From an uncultured Acidobacteriaceae bacterium (GTDB lineage Bacteria > Acidobacteriota > Terriglobia > Terriglobales > Acidobacteriaceae): a stretch of 64,000 bases of DNA. The position numbers were made by a program, and so were the translations under genes. The stretch lies in the NCBI GenBank assembly GCA_963757575.1, contig CAVWSD010000002.1:255069-319068 (forward strand), written 5' to 3'. A model generated the notes under the pieces. The model was not told the origin of the DNA. It did no database searches and saw nothing but the letters and a program-made list of their open reading frames with translations. This document shows, piece after piece, positions 1 to 9,758 of this stretch (position 1 is its first letter; each line of letters begins with the position of its first letter).

Positions 1-997
1 GATTGGTCACCGACTCCAGCGGGTTGTTGATCTCGTGGGCGATGGAACTGGCGAGCCGGCCAACGGCTGCGAGCTTCTCCGCCTGGAGGAGCGCGTCGTG
101 GGCTTTTTTCCGGTGAGTGACATCCACACCCAGGACGATGATTCCGGAGATGGTGCCGTCGCTTTCGCGCAGCGGCTGATAGGTGAAATCGACGTAGCGT
201 TCGTCCGGCGGCAATCCCTCTCCGACGAAAACATCGTATCGCGCGTCCACACCGGTATAGGTGTCACCCCGGTACACGCGGTCGAGTATCTCGAGATAGC
301 CTTGCTCAACAACATCGGGTAGCGCAACGCGGACAGGCTTTTCCAGAACATCGCGATTGTTGATAAGGCGGAGATAGAGAGGATTCACCATGGTGATGAC
401 ATGGTCCGGCCCCTGGAGCAGGGCGAAGAATGCGGGCGCCTGCTGCAAGACGTCAAAGAGCCTTGCCCGTTCCGTAAGCACTGCCCGTTCGGCGAGCACC
501 CTTCCGGTTGTCTCAGAGCAGACCACGAGAGTGCCGCGAACGTTTCCTTCCACGTCCCATACGGGGCTGTAGCTGAAGGTCCAATAAACATCGACCAGCT
601 TGCCGTCGCGGTAGATGGGAAGGAGTTGATCTTCGCTCCAGCAGGGCTGTCCGCGTTGCATTACGTCCTCGATCAGAGGACCGATGATGGGCCATATCTC
701 GGGCCAGCATTCCGGGCCGGACTGGCCCAGGGCGGAAGGATGCTTGTCCGCGCCGATGCTTGGCCTGTAGGCATCGTTATAGAACTGGATCAGATACTCA
801 CCCCACCACAGGAACATGGGTTGGCGCGAGCTGAGCAGCGTATTTACCGTGGTAAGAAGCAGCTCCGGCCAGTGCCGGACATCGCCGACGGGAGTCTTGC
901 TCCAGTCGAAGGCGCGAATCCGATCCGCCATCTCGCCCGCTCCATAGATGGGGCATGCGGAGGAGAGACGAGTGTCCTGGCTTTCTAACTGGGGCAT
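1..997 (-). CDS. PAS-domain sensor histidine kinase (N-terminal part; 3' end leaves the window)
   Basis: Own translation of the minus strand from ATG 997: MPQLESQD...FDWSKTPVGDVRHWPELL... It ends ...LLQAEKLAAVGRLASSIAHEINNPLESVTN, a HisKA H-box. It is not in the ORF track because there is no stop in the window. The + ORF 401..988 is its shadow. Confidence 0.85.
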   Translation of the reverse strand, partial: MPQLESQDTRLSSACPIYGAGEMADRIRAFDWSKTPVGDVRHWPELLLTTVNTLLSSRQPMFLWWGEYLIQFYNDAYRPSIGADKHPSALGQSGPECWPEIWPIIGPLIEDVMQRGQPCWSEDQLLPIYRDGKLVDVYWTFSYSPVWDVEGNVRGTLVVCSETTGRVLAERAVLTERARLFDVLQQAPAFFALLQGPDHVITMVNPLYLRLINNRDVLEKPVRVALPDVVEQGYLEILDRVYRGDTYTGVDARYDVFVGEGLPPDERYVDFTYQPLRESDGTISGIIVLGVDVTHRKKAHDALLQAEKLAAVGRLASSIAHEINNPLESVTN

Positions 998-1126
998 GGG
1001 GTGCTCTTCCCTAAATATTTCCGACATTTCAGCCCGTCCGCTGTATGCCTGACATCGGTGAGGATGGGATGCACGAATATCGCAGCCATCAAAACTCTTC
1101 CCTGATACATCGATGCCCCATGGAAG

Positions 1127-1432
1127 TTAGCTGGTGTGCTTGCTCTGGAAATGTACGCTCAACAGGATGCTGATCGCCACGATGCCTGCAAAAAAGATAA
1201 TCGCCGCGTGGCTTCCGTGCAGTACGTTTCCCACGTGAAACAGCACATGGCCGACGGCCAGGTTGAAGAGCGCCCAGAGGACATTGACTGTGGGCGAGGA
1301 CAATCCCTTGCCGGGAGGGCGAGCGAATGGGGTGGGAAAGGGATCGCCGGAGATGCCGTGGACGAAGTGCGGCACGGCATTCGCGAGAAATATCCCCGCG
1401 AAGAAAGCGGCGAGATATTGATACCACTGCAT
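1127..1432 (-). CDS. small integral membrane protein, unknown function
   Basis: ORF track 1127..1450. An AGGGAG RBS lies inside the first codons, so ATG 1432 (MQWYQYLAAFFAGIFLANAVPHF...) is preferred. Three hydrophobic segments. Confidence 0.6.
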   Translation of the reverse strand: MQWYQYLAAFFAGIFLANAVPHFVHGISGDPFPTPFARPPGKGLSSPTVNVLWALFNLAVGHVLFHVGNVLHGSHAAIIFFAGIVAISILLSVHFQSKHTS

Positions 1433-1526
1433 GGTGGTTCTCCCTTTCATCGATTCCGGAGGGCCGGATTGCCAGTTTGACTCCCGACCGACGGACCAAC
1501 CGTGCGGCTGCCGATAGAATCATTGC

Positions 1527-2498
1527 ATGACGCAGGTGGGGAAGGTCGATGTGGTCGGGGTGGGTTTGAATGCTACCGACACCACGATCCAGATAGCGGA
1601 GTTTCCGGAGTGCGGCTCGAAGGTGGAGTATGACTCGGAACGGGTGACGCCCGGCGGGCAGGTGGCCTCAACCGTGGTGGCATGTCAGACGTGGGGCCTG
1701 AGCACACGCTATGTGGGCAAGCTGGGCGACGACGATGCGGCGCGGCTGCACGCGGGGGAGTTCGAGCGCACCGGCGTCGAGGCGCAGGTGGTCTACGTTC
1801 CGGAAACCGCGAGTGCGCGCTCGCTGATCCTGGTGGACCGCCGGGGCGAGCGCACCGTGATGTGCCGGCGGGACGAGCGCGTGGTCTTGCAGCCGGCGGA
1901 GCTGAAGCGCGAGTGGATCGTGAACGCGCGTGCTCTGCATGTGGATGGACATGACACAGCGGCGGCGACGCTTGCAGCGGGATGGGCGCGCGAGGCGGGG
2001 ATTCCTGTAGTGGCCGACCTGGATGAGATTTATCCCGGCGTGGATGCGCTGATCGAGAAGATCGACTATCTCATCGTGAGCCGGGATTTTCCTGGGCGCC
2101 TTACCGGCGAGACGAATTTGAAGGCGGCGCTGCGGGAGATACAGGTGCGTTATGGTTGCGGGCTGACCGCTGCAACGCTGGGGCCGGAGGGCGTGCTGGC
2201 GTGGGACGGCGAGCGCTTTCATTATGCGCCGGCCTATCGGGTAGATGTGGTGGATACGACCGGGGCAGGCGATATCTTTCATGCCGGGTTTATTTATGGG
2301 CTGCTGCAGCAATGGCCGCTTGAACGCCAGCTTGATTTCTCCTGCGCGGCCGCGGCTCTGAATTGCATGCATGAGGGGGCACGAGGCGGCATCCGGGCGG
2401 TGGCGGCGGTGGAAGCACTGATGGCGACGACTCCGCGTTATGAGGCGGTCAATGGGCTCTCCGCAATCGAAGCGGTGGCGGCCGAGGATCCAGCCTGA
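1527..2498 (+). CDS. PfkB-family carbohydrate kinase
   Basis: ORF track. N-terminal VDVVGVGLNATD and C-terminal DTTGAGDIFHAGFIYGLL (PfkB signature). Confidence 0.85.
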   Translation: MTQVGKVDVVGVGLNATDTTIQIAEFPECGSKVEYDSERVTPGGQVASTVVACQTWGLSTRYVGKLGDDDAARLHAGEFERTGVEAQVVYVPETASARSLILVDRRGERTVMCRRDERVVLQPAELKREWIVNARALHVDGHDTAAATLAAGWAREAGIPVVADLDEIYPGVDALIEKIDYLIVSRDFPGRLTGETNLKAALREIQVRYGCGLTAATLGPEGVLAWDGERFHYAPAYRVDVVDTTGAGDIFHAGFIYGLLQQWPLERQLDFSCAAAALNCMHEGARGGIRAVAAVEALMATTPRYEAVNGLSAIEAVAAEDPA

Positions 2499-2570
2499 CG
2501 GGACGAGCCATCCTTTGCTCGTTACTTACTTTTTTTGGCAACGAATTGCGAATCATTATGTCGAGGAATT

Positions 2571-3146
2571 ATGGCCGCATTGATAGATGCGATTGATGTG
2601 AAGCGCAAGATGACCTTTGAGTTTGAGAATGCTCCTTACTACTGCATGGAGGCGGAAATCTCCACGCCTACGGCGCGCGGCGGGCAGACGCTGGTGCGCC
2701 TGCGGATGCGCAATATGTTGACTCGCGCGGTCTTCGACCGGACCTTCAAGGCGGGCGACAAATTCAGGGAGCCGGACCTGGAGACGGTGGATGCCTCCTA
2801 TCTCTACAGCGATGGCGATGGTTCGTACTTCCTGAACCAGGAGAGTTTTGAGACCCTGTCGCTGACGGGCGAGATGATGAAGGACGCGCTGGACCTGCTG
2901 ATCGAAGGGACGATCGTAAAGATCGATATGTACAACGGCAATCCGATCGGCCTCGAGCTGCCGGCGCAGGTGGAGCTGGTGGTGGCGTACACGGAGCCGG
3001 GGGTGCGCGGCGATACGGCGAGCGGGAGCGTGACCAAGCCGGCGAGGCTGGAGACGGGCGCGGAGGTACGGGTTCCCTTCTATATAAAGGAGGGCGAGAA
3101 GATCAGGGTGGCGACGGAGACGCGGGAGTTTGCCGGCCGAGCCTGA
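2571..3146 (+). CDS. EF-P-like protein, EfpL/YeiP type
   Basis: ORF 2535..3146 (TTG); ATG 2571 gives MAALIDAIDVKRK... EF-P three-domain layout. Loop ISTPTARGGQTL resembles the SPTARG loop I recall for E. coli YeiP. C-terminus KIRVATETREFAGRA. Confidence 0.8.
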   Translation: MAALIDAIDVKRKMTFEFENAPYYCMEAEISTPTARGGQTLVRLRMRNMLTRAVFDRTFKAGDKFREPDLETVDASYLYSDGDGSYFLNQESFETLSLTGEMMKDALDLLIEGTIVKIDMYNGNPIGLELPAQVELVVAYTEPGVRGDTASGSVTKPARLETGAEVRVPFYIKEGEKIRVATETREFAGRA

Positions 3147-3290
3147 GTGCAACTGGAAGATGGAAGTCGGCTTCTCAGTCATGGGCAGGACGAGCATGGG
3201 ATGGGATGCGCCGGACGGGCGGGACGGATGAGCGGAAGGGATAGGCTCCCGTGCCACGATTCCAACGGTAGATCGTTCGTTCAGACATTC

Positions 3291-4943
3291 ATGGGAATTT
3301 GGGAGAGAGGTGCCGTCCGCCGGGTGGGATGCGCGGCGATACTGGTGATCGCGATCGCGCCCGCGCGTGGGCAGACGGCGCAAATGTCTGCACGGAGTGA
3401 TGCATTGCCCGACGCGCCGGACGCGGCGTTGATGCTGACAGGCGCGGCCCCGCGCGATGCCAGGGCATGGGCTGCGATTACGCCTTCGACCTCGGCGTCT
3501 GCATGGTCCGCCGACGGGGCCCAGCCGGAGCCGGCTTCGCAGGTGACATTGCGCGATTGTCCCTATGACCGCACTCATGCGCGTATCTGCCATGTGCATG
3601 TTAAGCAATTGATTATTTCGTCGCTGGTCTTCAATGCATTTCAAAATGCGGGGAATCTCTATACCGGGTACTGGTACCGGTATGAGACGACGCATGGGAA
3701 GTGGTGGGACCGCTATATCAACTCAGCCGCAGGATGGCGTTGGGATACGTGGTCGGACAACAATCCTTTTCTGGACGACTATGTTGGGCACCCGTTCATG
3801 GGATCGATCACCGACTTTCTGTGGATCCAGAACGATCCGAAATCGATGACGTTGGTGCAGACGAATACCTGGCCGTACTGGCGGCGGATGCTTCGAGCCG
3901 GAGCCTTCTCGACTTTTTACAGTTTTGCGTGGAAGCTGGGGCCGACCGGCGAGGCGGCGATCGGCCACAACGGCGATCATTATTTTTCGGACGAAAAGGG
4001 CACGGTTTATACAAACGAGACCGGCTTGGTAGAGCTGGTGACCACGCCTGTGGGAGGCATGGCATGGACGATCGCGGAAGACGCGCTGGACAAGCATGTC
4101 ATCCCTCACCTGGAGCACATGAGCCGAAACCCTATCCTGCTCACTACGTATCAGTTTCTTTCGCCTACCCGCGGCACCGCGAACATTCTGCGCTTCCGTC
4201 CGCCGTGGTATCGGGACTCGCGCACGGTGAAGGCGAACTCGTTCTTCAGCGAGCCGCCAGGGCCGGACGACGAGAGACTGTATGCGGAGACAGCGACGAC
4301 TGCGGCGGCGGAGCGCGATGCGCCGGCTGGCGCGGACAAGGACGATATCGCCCCGGCGGTCGCGCCGCCTGTGCACTACCTGCCGGTATTTCCGCGGCCC
4401 GGCGGTGTGCATGAATTCGGCGCATGGTGGGGACTCTCGTTGATAAGCGGGCATCTATGGGGATATGCAAAGGATGTCAAGTACATGCCCATCGATGTGC
4501 GCTATTCCTATGAGTTCGAGCACTGGGACCATATGACGATGCGCTATTCGCCGGAGATCACGGCTCTGGCGATGATCGACGAGCCGGTTCCGGGAGCGAC
4601 GGATCGGTTTTTACAACGCAAGCGCACTTATGGCAGCGGTCTGAGCCCGGTAGGTTTCCAATCCGATTTCTTTCCTTCGAAGCGGGTGCAGCCCTTCCTG
4701 AGCGGGGACGGTGGGTTTATCTACTTTATGGACCGCGTGCTGTCGCCGCAGGGATCGCAATTTATGTACACGATCGATTTCGGTACTGGCGTCAATATCT
4801 TCCGCAAGGAGCGCCAGGCAGTCAGCATCGGCTACCGCTATCAGCATCTATCGAACGCCAATATCAGTCTGCACAACCCGGGAATGGATGCGAACACGTT
4901 CTATGTATCGGTTTCGCGCTTTCGCACCAAGGGCTATCGCTGA
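3291..4943 (+). CDS. exported protein with C-terminal PagL/acyloxyacyl-hydrolase-like domain
   Basis: ORF 3147..4943; internal ATG 3291 gives the signal-like MGIWERGAVRRVGCAAILVIAIAPARG. The C-terminal part (...SIGYRYQHLSNANISLHNPGMDANTFYVSVSRF) resembles lipid A deacylase-type beta-barrels (HxSN). The N-terminal ~350 aa are unrecognised. Confidence 0.6.
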   Translation: MGIWERGAVRRVGCAAILVIAIAPARGQTAQMSARSDALPDAPDAALMLTGAAPRDARAWAAITPSTSASAWSADGAQPEPASQVTLRDCPYDRTHARICHVHVKQLIISSLVFNAFQNAGNLYTGYWYRYETTHGKWWDRYINSAAGWRWDTWSDNNPFLDDYVGHPFMGSITDFLWIQNDPKSMTLVQTNTWPYWRRMLRAGAFSTFYSFAWKLGPTGEAAIGHNGDHYFSDEKGTVYTNETGLVELVTTPVGGMAWTIAEDALDKHVIPHLEHMSRNPILLTTYQFLSPTRGTANILRFRPPWYRDSRTVKANSFFSEPPGPDDERLYAETATTAAAERDAPAGADKDDIAPAVAPPVHYLPVFPRPGGVHEFGAWWGLSLISGHLWGYAKDVKYMPIDVRYSYEFEHWDHMTMRYSPEITALAMIDEPVPGATDRFLQRKRTYGSGLSPVGFQSDFFPSKRVQPFLSGDGGFIYFMDRVLSPQGSQFMYTIDFGTGVNIFRKERQAVSIGYRYQHLSNANISLHNPGMDANTFYVSVSRFRTKGYR

Positions 4944-5017
4944 AGCCGGCCGGGGGCATTTTCCGCCCCACGCCGAGGCGTGGAGGGCATCTCAATCTGG
5001 AGGAAAGGAGAGGCGCC

Positions 5018-5194
5018 ATGAGCACACAGGATGAGCAGGACAAGGAGACGACTGTAACCACTCCGTCGGAGCAGCGGCGGAAGGAGGAGACAGGCCGCGA
5101 GGACCCGACGGAACCGGATGAGGTGGGCAGCGCCAAGGAGACCACAACAGTGCGCGGGAAGAACCAGCCGCAGTCGGTGCGGCGCTCCGCCTGA
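5018..5194 (+). CDS. small hydrophilic protein (58 aa), unknown function
   Basis: Below the ORF-track cutoff. GGAGGAAAGGAG RBS before ATG 5018. MSTQDEQDKETTVTTPSEQRRKEETGREDPTEPDEVGSAKETTTVRGKNQPQSVRRSA. Third codon positions mostly G/C. Confidence 0.45.
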   Translation: MSTQDEQDKETTVTTPSEQRRKEETGREDPTEPDEVGSAKETTTVRGKNQPQSVRRSA

Positions 5195-5218
5195 AAAACG
5201 ACACGTTATGATGCGACC

Positions 5219-5746
5219 ATGTCGGTAAACAGCACGATCAGTACGAAGCAGAAGTCCGCCCGTTCCACGAAGAAGACGCGGCCTGACGCGCCGAGCGATA
5301 AGTCTGTCGCAATTGAAGTAAAGACGAGAACGACGAGCGACTGGTTTGGACGGTTTGCCGCGTCAGCATCAGGATGGCTGGGATCGAAGTGGGCGTTTTC
5401 CTGGGCGGTGGCGGTGATCGTGGTCTGGGGCGCCACCGGCTTTGTCTTTCACTATTCCGACACCTGGCAACTGGTGATCAATACCGGCACCACCATTGTG
5501 ACGTTTCTGATGGTGTTCCTCATCCAGAACACGCAAAATCGGGATGCGCGGGCGATCAATCTGAAGCTGAACGAGCTGATCCATGCGCAAGACAAGGCGC
5601 GTGACCAGATGATCGACATTGAGAACCTGAGCGATCTGGAACTGGATGAGCTGCAGGCGCGGTACGAGGCGATCCGCGCGGCGTATCTGGCACGTGAGCA
5701 ACGCAAGCCAAAGCGAAAAGCGCTAGGGAGCTTTGCGTATTTTTAG
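5219..5746 (+). CDS. low-affinity iron permease family protein (Fet4-like)
   Basis: TGTTIVTFLMVFLIQNTQNRDARAINLKLNELI is the family hallmark as I remember it. Two TM helices. Confidence 0.8.
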   Translation: MSVNSTISTKQKSARSTKKTRPDAPSDKSVAIEVKTRTTSDWFGRFAASASGWLGSKWAFSWAVAVIVVWGATGFVFHYSDTWQLVINTGTTIVTFLMVFLIQNTQNRDARAINLKLNELIHAQDKARDQMIDIENLSDLELDELQARYEAIRAAYLAREQRKPKRKALGSFAYF

Positions 5747-5930
5747 AGTATTCAAGCAAACCTTGAGCCCCGCTGAAACTCGCCGATCTATTTTCTATTC
5801 CTCGTCTATTTCTGCAGGGGCCAGGCCACAGGTGGCAGTTGGCCCGCCATACACTAACTTTTTCTGTCATGTCTTACTTTCGCCCCGCTCGCGGCACGGG
5901 CGTGGAAATAACTGGAGCCTCTCAGAGCCT

Positions 5931-8615
5931 ATGAAGCCTGCGCTCAGCAGCCTCATGAAGAATGCGGTCTTTCTTCTCTCACTTATTGCGACTGGATTGA
6001 GCCTGCCGCAACTGGCTGCGCAAACTGTTTCCTCGGCGGCCCTGCAGTTGCGATCCGGATGGGAGCTGCAATCATCAGCGAGTGTGCCGGAGACAGGCGA
6101 TGTGCTTTCAGGCGCCCGGTACAGGCCACGCGGGTGGTATCCGGTTGAGGTTCCGAGCACTGTGGTGGGCGCGCTGGTGAAGGCAAAGGTGTATCCCGAC
6201 CCGACCGTCGGGACCAATCTTCGCCGGCTGCCCGGCGTGGCTTATCCCGTCGGCGAGAACTTTTCGACACTGCCCATGCCCGCCGACAGCCCCTTTGCCG
6301 TGCCCTGGTGGTACCGCAAGGCCTTCACGCTGCCGGCAGCGATGCGCGGCAGAACGGTGTGGCTCAATCTGGATGGCGTCAACTACCGCGCGAGTGTGTG
6401 GCTGAACGGCGAGAAAGTGGCGGACACCGCGGGCGCGTGGCGCCATTATGAGTTCGACGTCACCCGGTTGATACGCCAGGAGGGCAGCAACGTGCTGGCC
6501 ATCCGGGTCTCTGCGCCAACTGAAAAGGACCTGGCGATCACCTTCGTCGACTGGAACCCTGCTCCTCCGGACAAGGTCATGGGGCTCTTCGGCGATGTTT
6601 CGATCGTCTCAAGCGGGCCTGTTGCGTTGCGCGATCCGGCTGTTCTCTCGACTGTCGATTCGCCGCAAAATGACAGCGCGCAACTCACCATCGCGGCGCG
6701 GGCCGTCAACGCGACCGCGGAGAGTGTGACTGGCGTCCTGCGCGGACGCATTGGAGAGATCCGATTTGCGCAGACGGTGACGCTGGGCGCGCACGCATCC
6801 AAAGAAATCCGCTTTGAGCCCGCGCAGTATCCGCAACTTCGCCTCTCGCACCCGGAGCTGTGGTGGCCGGCGCAGATGGGCACGCCGCATCTTTATTCTC
6901 TTCATCTGGAGTTCGAGCTGCATGGCACTATCTCCGACCAGACGGAGTCGCGCTTTGGCATTCGCCAGATCACTTCCGAGGTGACGGATCCGACGCGCCG
7001 GCTTTTCCGCATCAACGGAAAGCCACTGCTCATTCGTGGCGCCGGCTGGTCTATGGATTTTCTGCTGCGTCGTGATCCGGAACGCTTGCGCCAGGAGTTG
7101 GACTATGTAAGCGACATGGGCTTGAACACCATCCGGCTGGAAGGACGGCCCATGACGCAGGACTTCTACAACGAGACGGACCGCCGCGGCATATTGGTGA
7201 TGGCGGGCTGGAGCTGCTGCGACTTCTGGGAGCAGTGGCCGAAGTGGACAGCGGAAGATCATGAGATCGCTGTCGAGTCGCTGCGCTCCCAGATGCTGCG
7301 CCTGCGCGGACATCCCAGCCTGCTGATGTGGCTGAACGGCAGCGACAATCCGCCGCCGGCCGAGCAGGAGAATACGTACCTCGAGATCGAGCATGCATTG
7401 CTGTGGCCGAATCCGATTCTCTCCTCCGCTACGGCCAAGCTGGGAGGCAACGGGGAACAGAACGGCGTCCGCATGACGGGGCCATACGACTATGTTGCGC
7501 CGAGCTACTGGCTGGAGGACGCAGAAGCGGACCAGCCGGGGCACCGATGCGATCTGGGCGGATGCGGAGGCGCTCACGGATTCAACACCGAGACCAGCCC
7601 CGGCCCGGCGGTGCCGCCTATCGAAAGCCTGCGCAGAATGCTGGGTGACGACCATCTGTGGCCCATCGATGCTACGTGGGACTTTCATGCCGGAGGCGGA
7701 GTCTTCCACACTATCTCGCTCTACAGCAAGGCTCTCAACGATCGCTACGGAGCAGCGCAGGATGTCGACGATTACGCGGAGAAGTCGCAGCTCATGGCCT
7801 ATGAAGGTATCCGCGCCATGTATGAGGCATTCAGCCGCAACAAGTACAAATCGACCGGCGTCATCCAGTGGATGCTGAACAATGCGTGGCCCTCGACGAT
7901 CTGGCATCTCTACGACTATTACCTGCGTCCCGGCGGCGGATACTTCGGCGCAAAACGCGCGATGCAGCCCCTCGATCCGATCTACTCCTACGACGATGGA
8001 TCGATCTGGGCGGTGAACAGCCGGTATCAGGATGCCAATGGCCTGACGCTGAAGGCGGCCATCTACAACCTGGATATGCAGGAGAAGTTCTCTCGCGAGG
8101 TGACACTCGATCTCCCTGCGGATAGCACGCGGCAGCTGTTTGCTCTTCCACAGCTTCAGGGTTTGACACCGACGTATTTCCTGCGGCTGTCGCTGTTGAA
8201 CGCAGCAGGGAGAGTTGTTGGATCGAATTTTTATTGGCTGTCCAGCACTCAGGAAAAGATCGATTGGGCAAAGTCGAACTGGTATGTCACACCGATTTCC
8301 GTGCCCGCGGACTACACATCGCTCCGCCAGCTTCCCAGCGTCAAGGTGACGGCGTCGCTCCGGACCGAAACGAAGGGAGAGCAGCGGACGGCGCACGTGA
8401 CCATCCGCAATCCGAGCAAGGATCTGGCATTCTTCATCCGCCTCAAGCTGGATAAAGCCCGGACACAGGAGGAGATTCTGCCGGTCCTGTGGGAGGACAA
8501 CTATGTCTCTCTGCTGCCCGGGGAGAACCGCGAGATCAGCGCGCAGTATTCGGTCCGCGACTCGGGGCCGGGCTCGCCGATGTTAGAAATAAAGGGCTGG
8601 AATGTTCATCAGTAA
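5931..8615 (+). CDS. glycoside hydrolase family 2 (beta-mannosidase / exo-beta-D-glucosaminidase-like), secreted
   Basis: ORF 5733..8615; ATG 5931 gives the signal peptide MKPALSSLMKNAVFLLSLIATGLSLPQLAAQ. GH2 motifs YRASVWLNGEKV, NTIRLEG, WSCCDFWE. Confidence 0.85.
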   Translation: MKPALSSLMKNAVFLLSLIATGLSLPQLAAQTVSSAALQLRSGWELQSSASVPETGDVLSGARYRPRGWYPVEVPSTVVGALVKAKVYPDPTVGTNLRRLPGVAYPVGENFSTLPMPADSPFAVPWWYRKAFTLPAAMRGRTVWLNLDGVNYRASVWLNGEKVADTAGAWRHYEFDVTRLIRQEGSNVLAIRVSAPTEKDLAITFVDWNPAPPDKVMGLFGDVSIVSSGPVALRDPAVLSTVDSPQNDSAQLTIAARAVNATAESVTGVLRGRIGEIRFAQTVTLGAHASKEIRFEPAQYPQLRLSHPELWWPAQMGTPHLYSLHLEFELHGTISDQTESRFGIRQITSEVTDPTRRLFRINGKPLLIRGAGWSMDFLLRRDPERLRQELDYVSDMGLNTIRLEGRPMTQDFYNETDRRGILVMAGWSCCDFWEQWPKWTAEDHEIAVESLRSQMLRLRGHPSLLMWLNGSDNPPPAEQENTYLEIEHALLWPNPILSSATAKLGGNGEQNGVRMTGPYDYVAPSYWLEDAEADQPGHRCDLGGCGGAHGFNTETSPGPAVPPIESLRRMLGDDHLWPIDATWDFHAGGGVFHTISLYSKALNDRYGAAQDVDDYAEKSQLMAYEGIRAMYEAFSRNKYKSTGVIQWMLNNAWPSTIWHLYDYYLRPGGGYFGAKRAMQPLDPIYSYDDGSIWAVNSRYQDANGLTLKAAIYNLDMQEKFSREVTLDLPADSTRQLFALPQLQGLTPTYFLRLSLLNAAGRVVGSNFYWLSSTQEKIDWAKSNWYVTPISVPADYTSLRQLPSVKVTASLRTETKGEQRTAHVTIRNPSKDLAFFIRLKLDKARTQEEILPVLWEDNYVSLLPGENREISAQYSVRDSGPGSPMLEIKGWNVHQ

Positions 8616-8654
8616 ATCCTCCAGCGAATTGCGTGCGTGAAGGAGACCGAGACC

Positions 8655-9686
8655 ATGAGTTACATGCCCGATCCAAAGCGATATGAAAACGCCAGCTTCC
8701 GGCGATGCGGCAGATCCGGCCTGGTGCTGCCGCCGGTGTCGCTTGGTCTGTGGCAGAACTTCGGGGGCGCCGACGTTTTCGAGACGGGCCGGGCTGTCAT
8801 CCGGCGGGCCTTCGATCGCGGCGTGACGCACTTCGACCTGGCGAACAATTATGGGCCGCCCTACGGCTCGGCGGAGGAGAACTTCGGCAAGATCCTGCGC
8901 AAGGATTTTCGCGATCACCGTAACGAACTCGTCATCTCCACCAAGGCGGGATGGGATATGTGGCCCGGCCCCTATGGCGTGGGCGGCTCGCGAAAGTATC
9001 TGCTGGCTTCGCTCGATGAAAGCCTGCAGCGCATGGGCCTGGAGTACGTCGATATTTTTTATTCGCACCGCCCCACCGCGGATGCGCCGCTGGAAGAGAC
9101 CATGGGCGCGCTTGCCCACGCAGTCCGCCAAGGCAAGGCGTTGTACGCGGGCATCTCGTCGTACAGCCCGGAACGGACGCGCGATGCTTTCCGCCTGCTC
9201 CAGAGCGAGGGCGTGCCCCTGCTCATCCATCAGCCTTCCTACTCCATGCTGAACCGCTGGGTAGAGCGCGAGCTGCTGGCGACGCTCGATGAGTTAGGGG
9301 TGGGATGCATCGCCTTCTCTCCGCTGGGTCAGGGGCTGCTCACGAACAAATATTTGAACGGAGTGCCGGAGGAGTCGCGCGCCAAGGCACAGGGATCGTT
9401 CCAAAAAGAGTTCCTGAATGAGGAGAACCTGAACCGCGTTCGCGCCCTGAACAGCATGGCGCAGCGGCGCGGCCAGACGCTGGCACAGATGGCGATCGCC
9501 TGGGTGCTGCGTGACCGGCGCGTCACCTCCGCGCTGATCGGAGCACGCAACGTGGAGCAGCTCGACAACTCTCTCGACGCGATGCACCGGCCGCAGTTCA
9601 GCGACGAGGAGTTGAAGGAGATCGATCAGTACGCCCGCGAAGGCTCGATCGACCTTTGGAAAGAGGCGCGGGAAAGCATGAGTTGA
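8655..9686 (+). CDS. gpr: aldo/keto reductase, L-glyceraldehyde-3-phosphate reductase (YghZ/Gpr-like)
   Basis: ORF 8637..9686. Near colinear by eye with E. coli YghZ: RRCGRSGLVLPPVSLGLWQNFG, THFDLANNYGPPYGSAEENFG, GGSRKYLLASLDESLQRMGLEYVDIFYSHR. Confidence 0.85.
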   Translation: MSYMPDPKRYENASFRRCGRSGLVLPPVSLGLWQNFGGADVFETGRAVIRRAFDRGVTHFDLANNYGPPYGSAEENFGKILRKDFRDHRNELVISTKAGWDMWPGPYGVGGSRKYLLASLDESLQRMGLEYVDIFYSHRPTADAPLEETMGALAHAVRQGKALYAGISSYSPERTRDAFRLLQSEGVPLLIHQPSYSMLNRWVERELLATLDELGVGCIAFSPLGQGLLTNKYLNGVPEESRAKAQGSFQKEFLNEENLNRVRALNSMAQRRGQTLAQMAIAWVLRDRRVTSALIGARNVEQLDNSLDAMHRPQFSDEELKEIDQYAREGSIDLWKEARESMS

Positions 9687-9695
9687 GCGCCACGG

Positions 9696-9737
9696 CTCCC
9701 GGCGGTATCACGACGAATCGTGAGTACCGCGCGGGAG
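9696..9737. terminator. compound imperfect hairpin between convergent genes
   Basis: ctccc/gggag + gcggta/taccgc + tcacga/tcgtga stems (about 17 bp with bulges, loop cgaa) between the gpr stop (9686) and the S10 stop (9759). No clear T-tract. Confidence 0.4.
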
Positions 9738-9758
9738 ATACGGCATGACTGCTTCAGG

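Noticed and set aside
2556-3695. 379-aa minus-strand ORF overlapping the EfpL gene and the next gene
   Set aside because: Arg/Pro/His-rich shadow ORF typical of the antisense strand of GC-rich genes. The plus-strand products have clear family motifs.
6609-8396. 595-aa minus-strand ORF inside the GH2 gene
   Set aside because: Antisense shadow (Arg/Ala/Gln-rich, no motifs). The same reasoning rejects 12013..14100 (+), 17435..19009 (+), 18418..20931 (+), 24903..25937 (+), 27562..28959 (+), 34076..35458 (+), 49808..51403 (+), 60689..61501 (+) and 61514..62383 (+).
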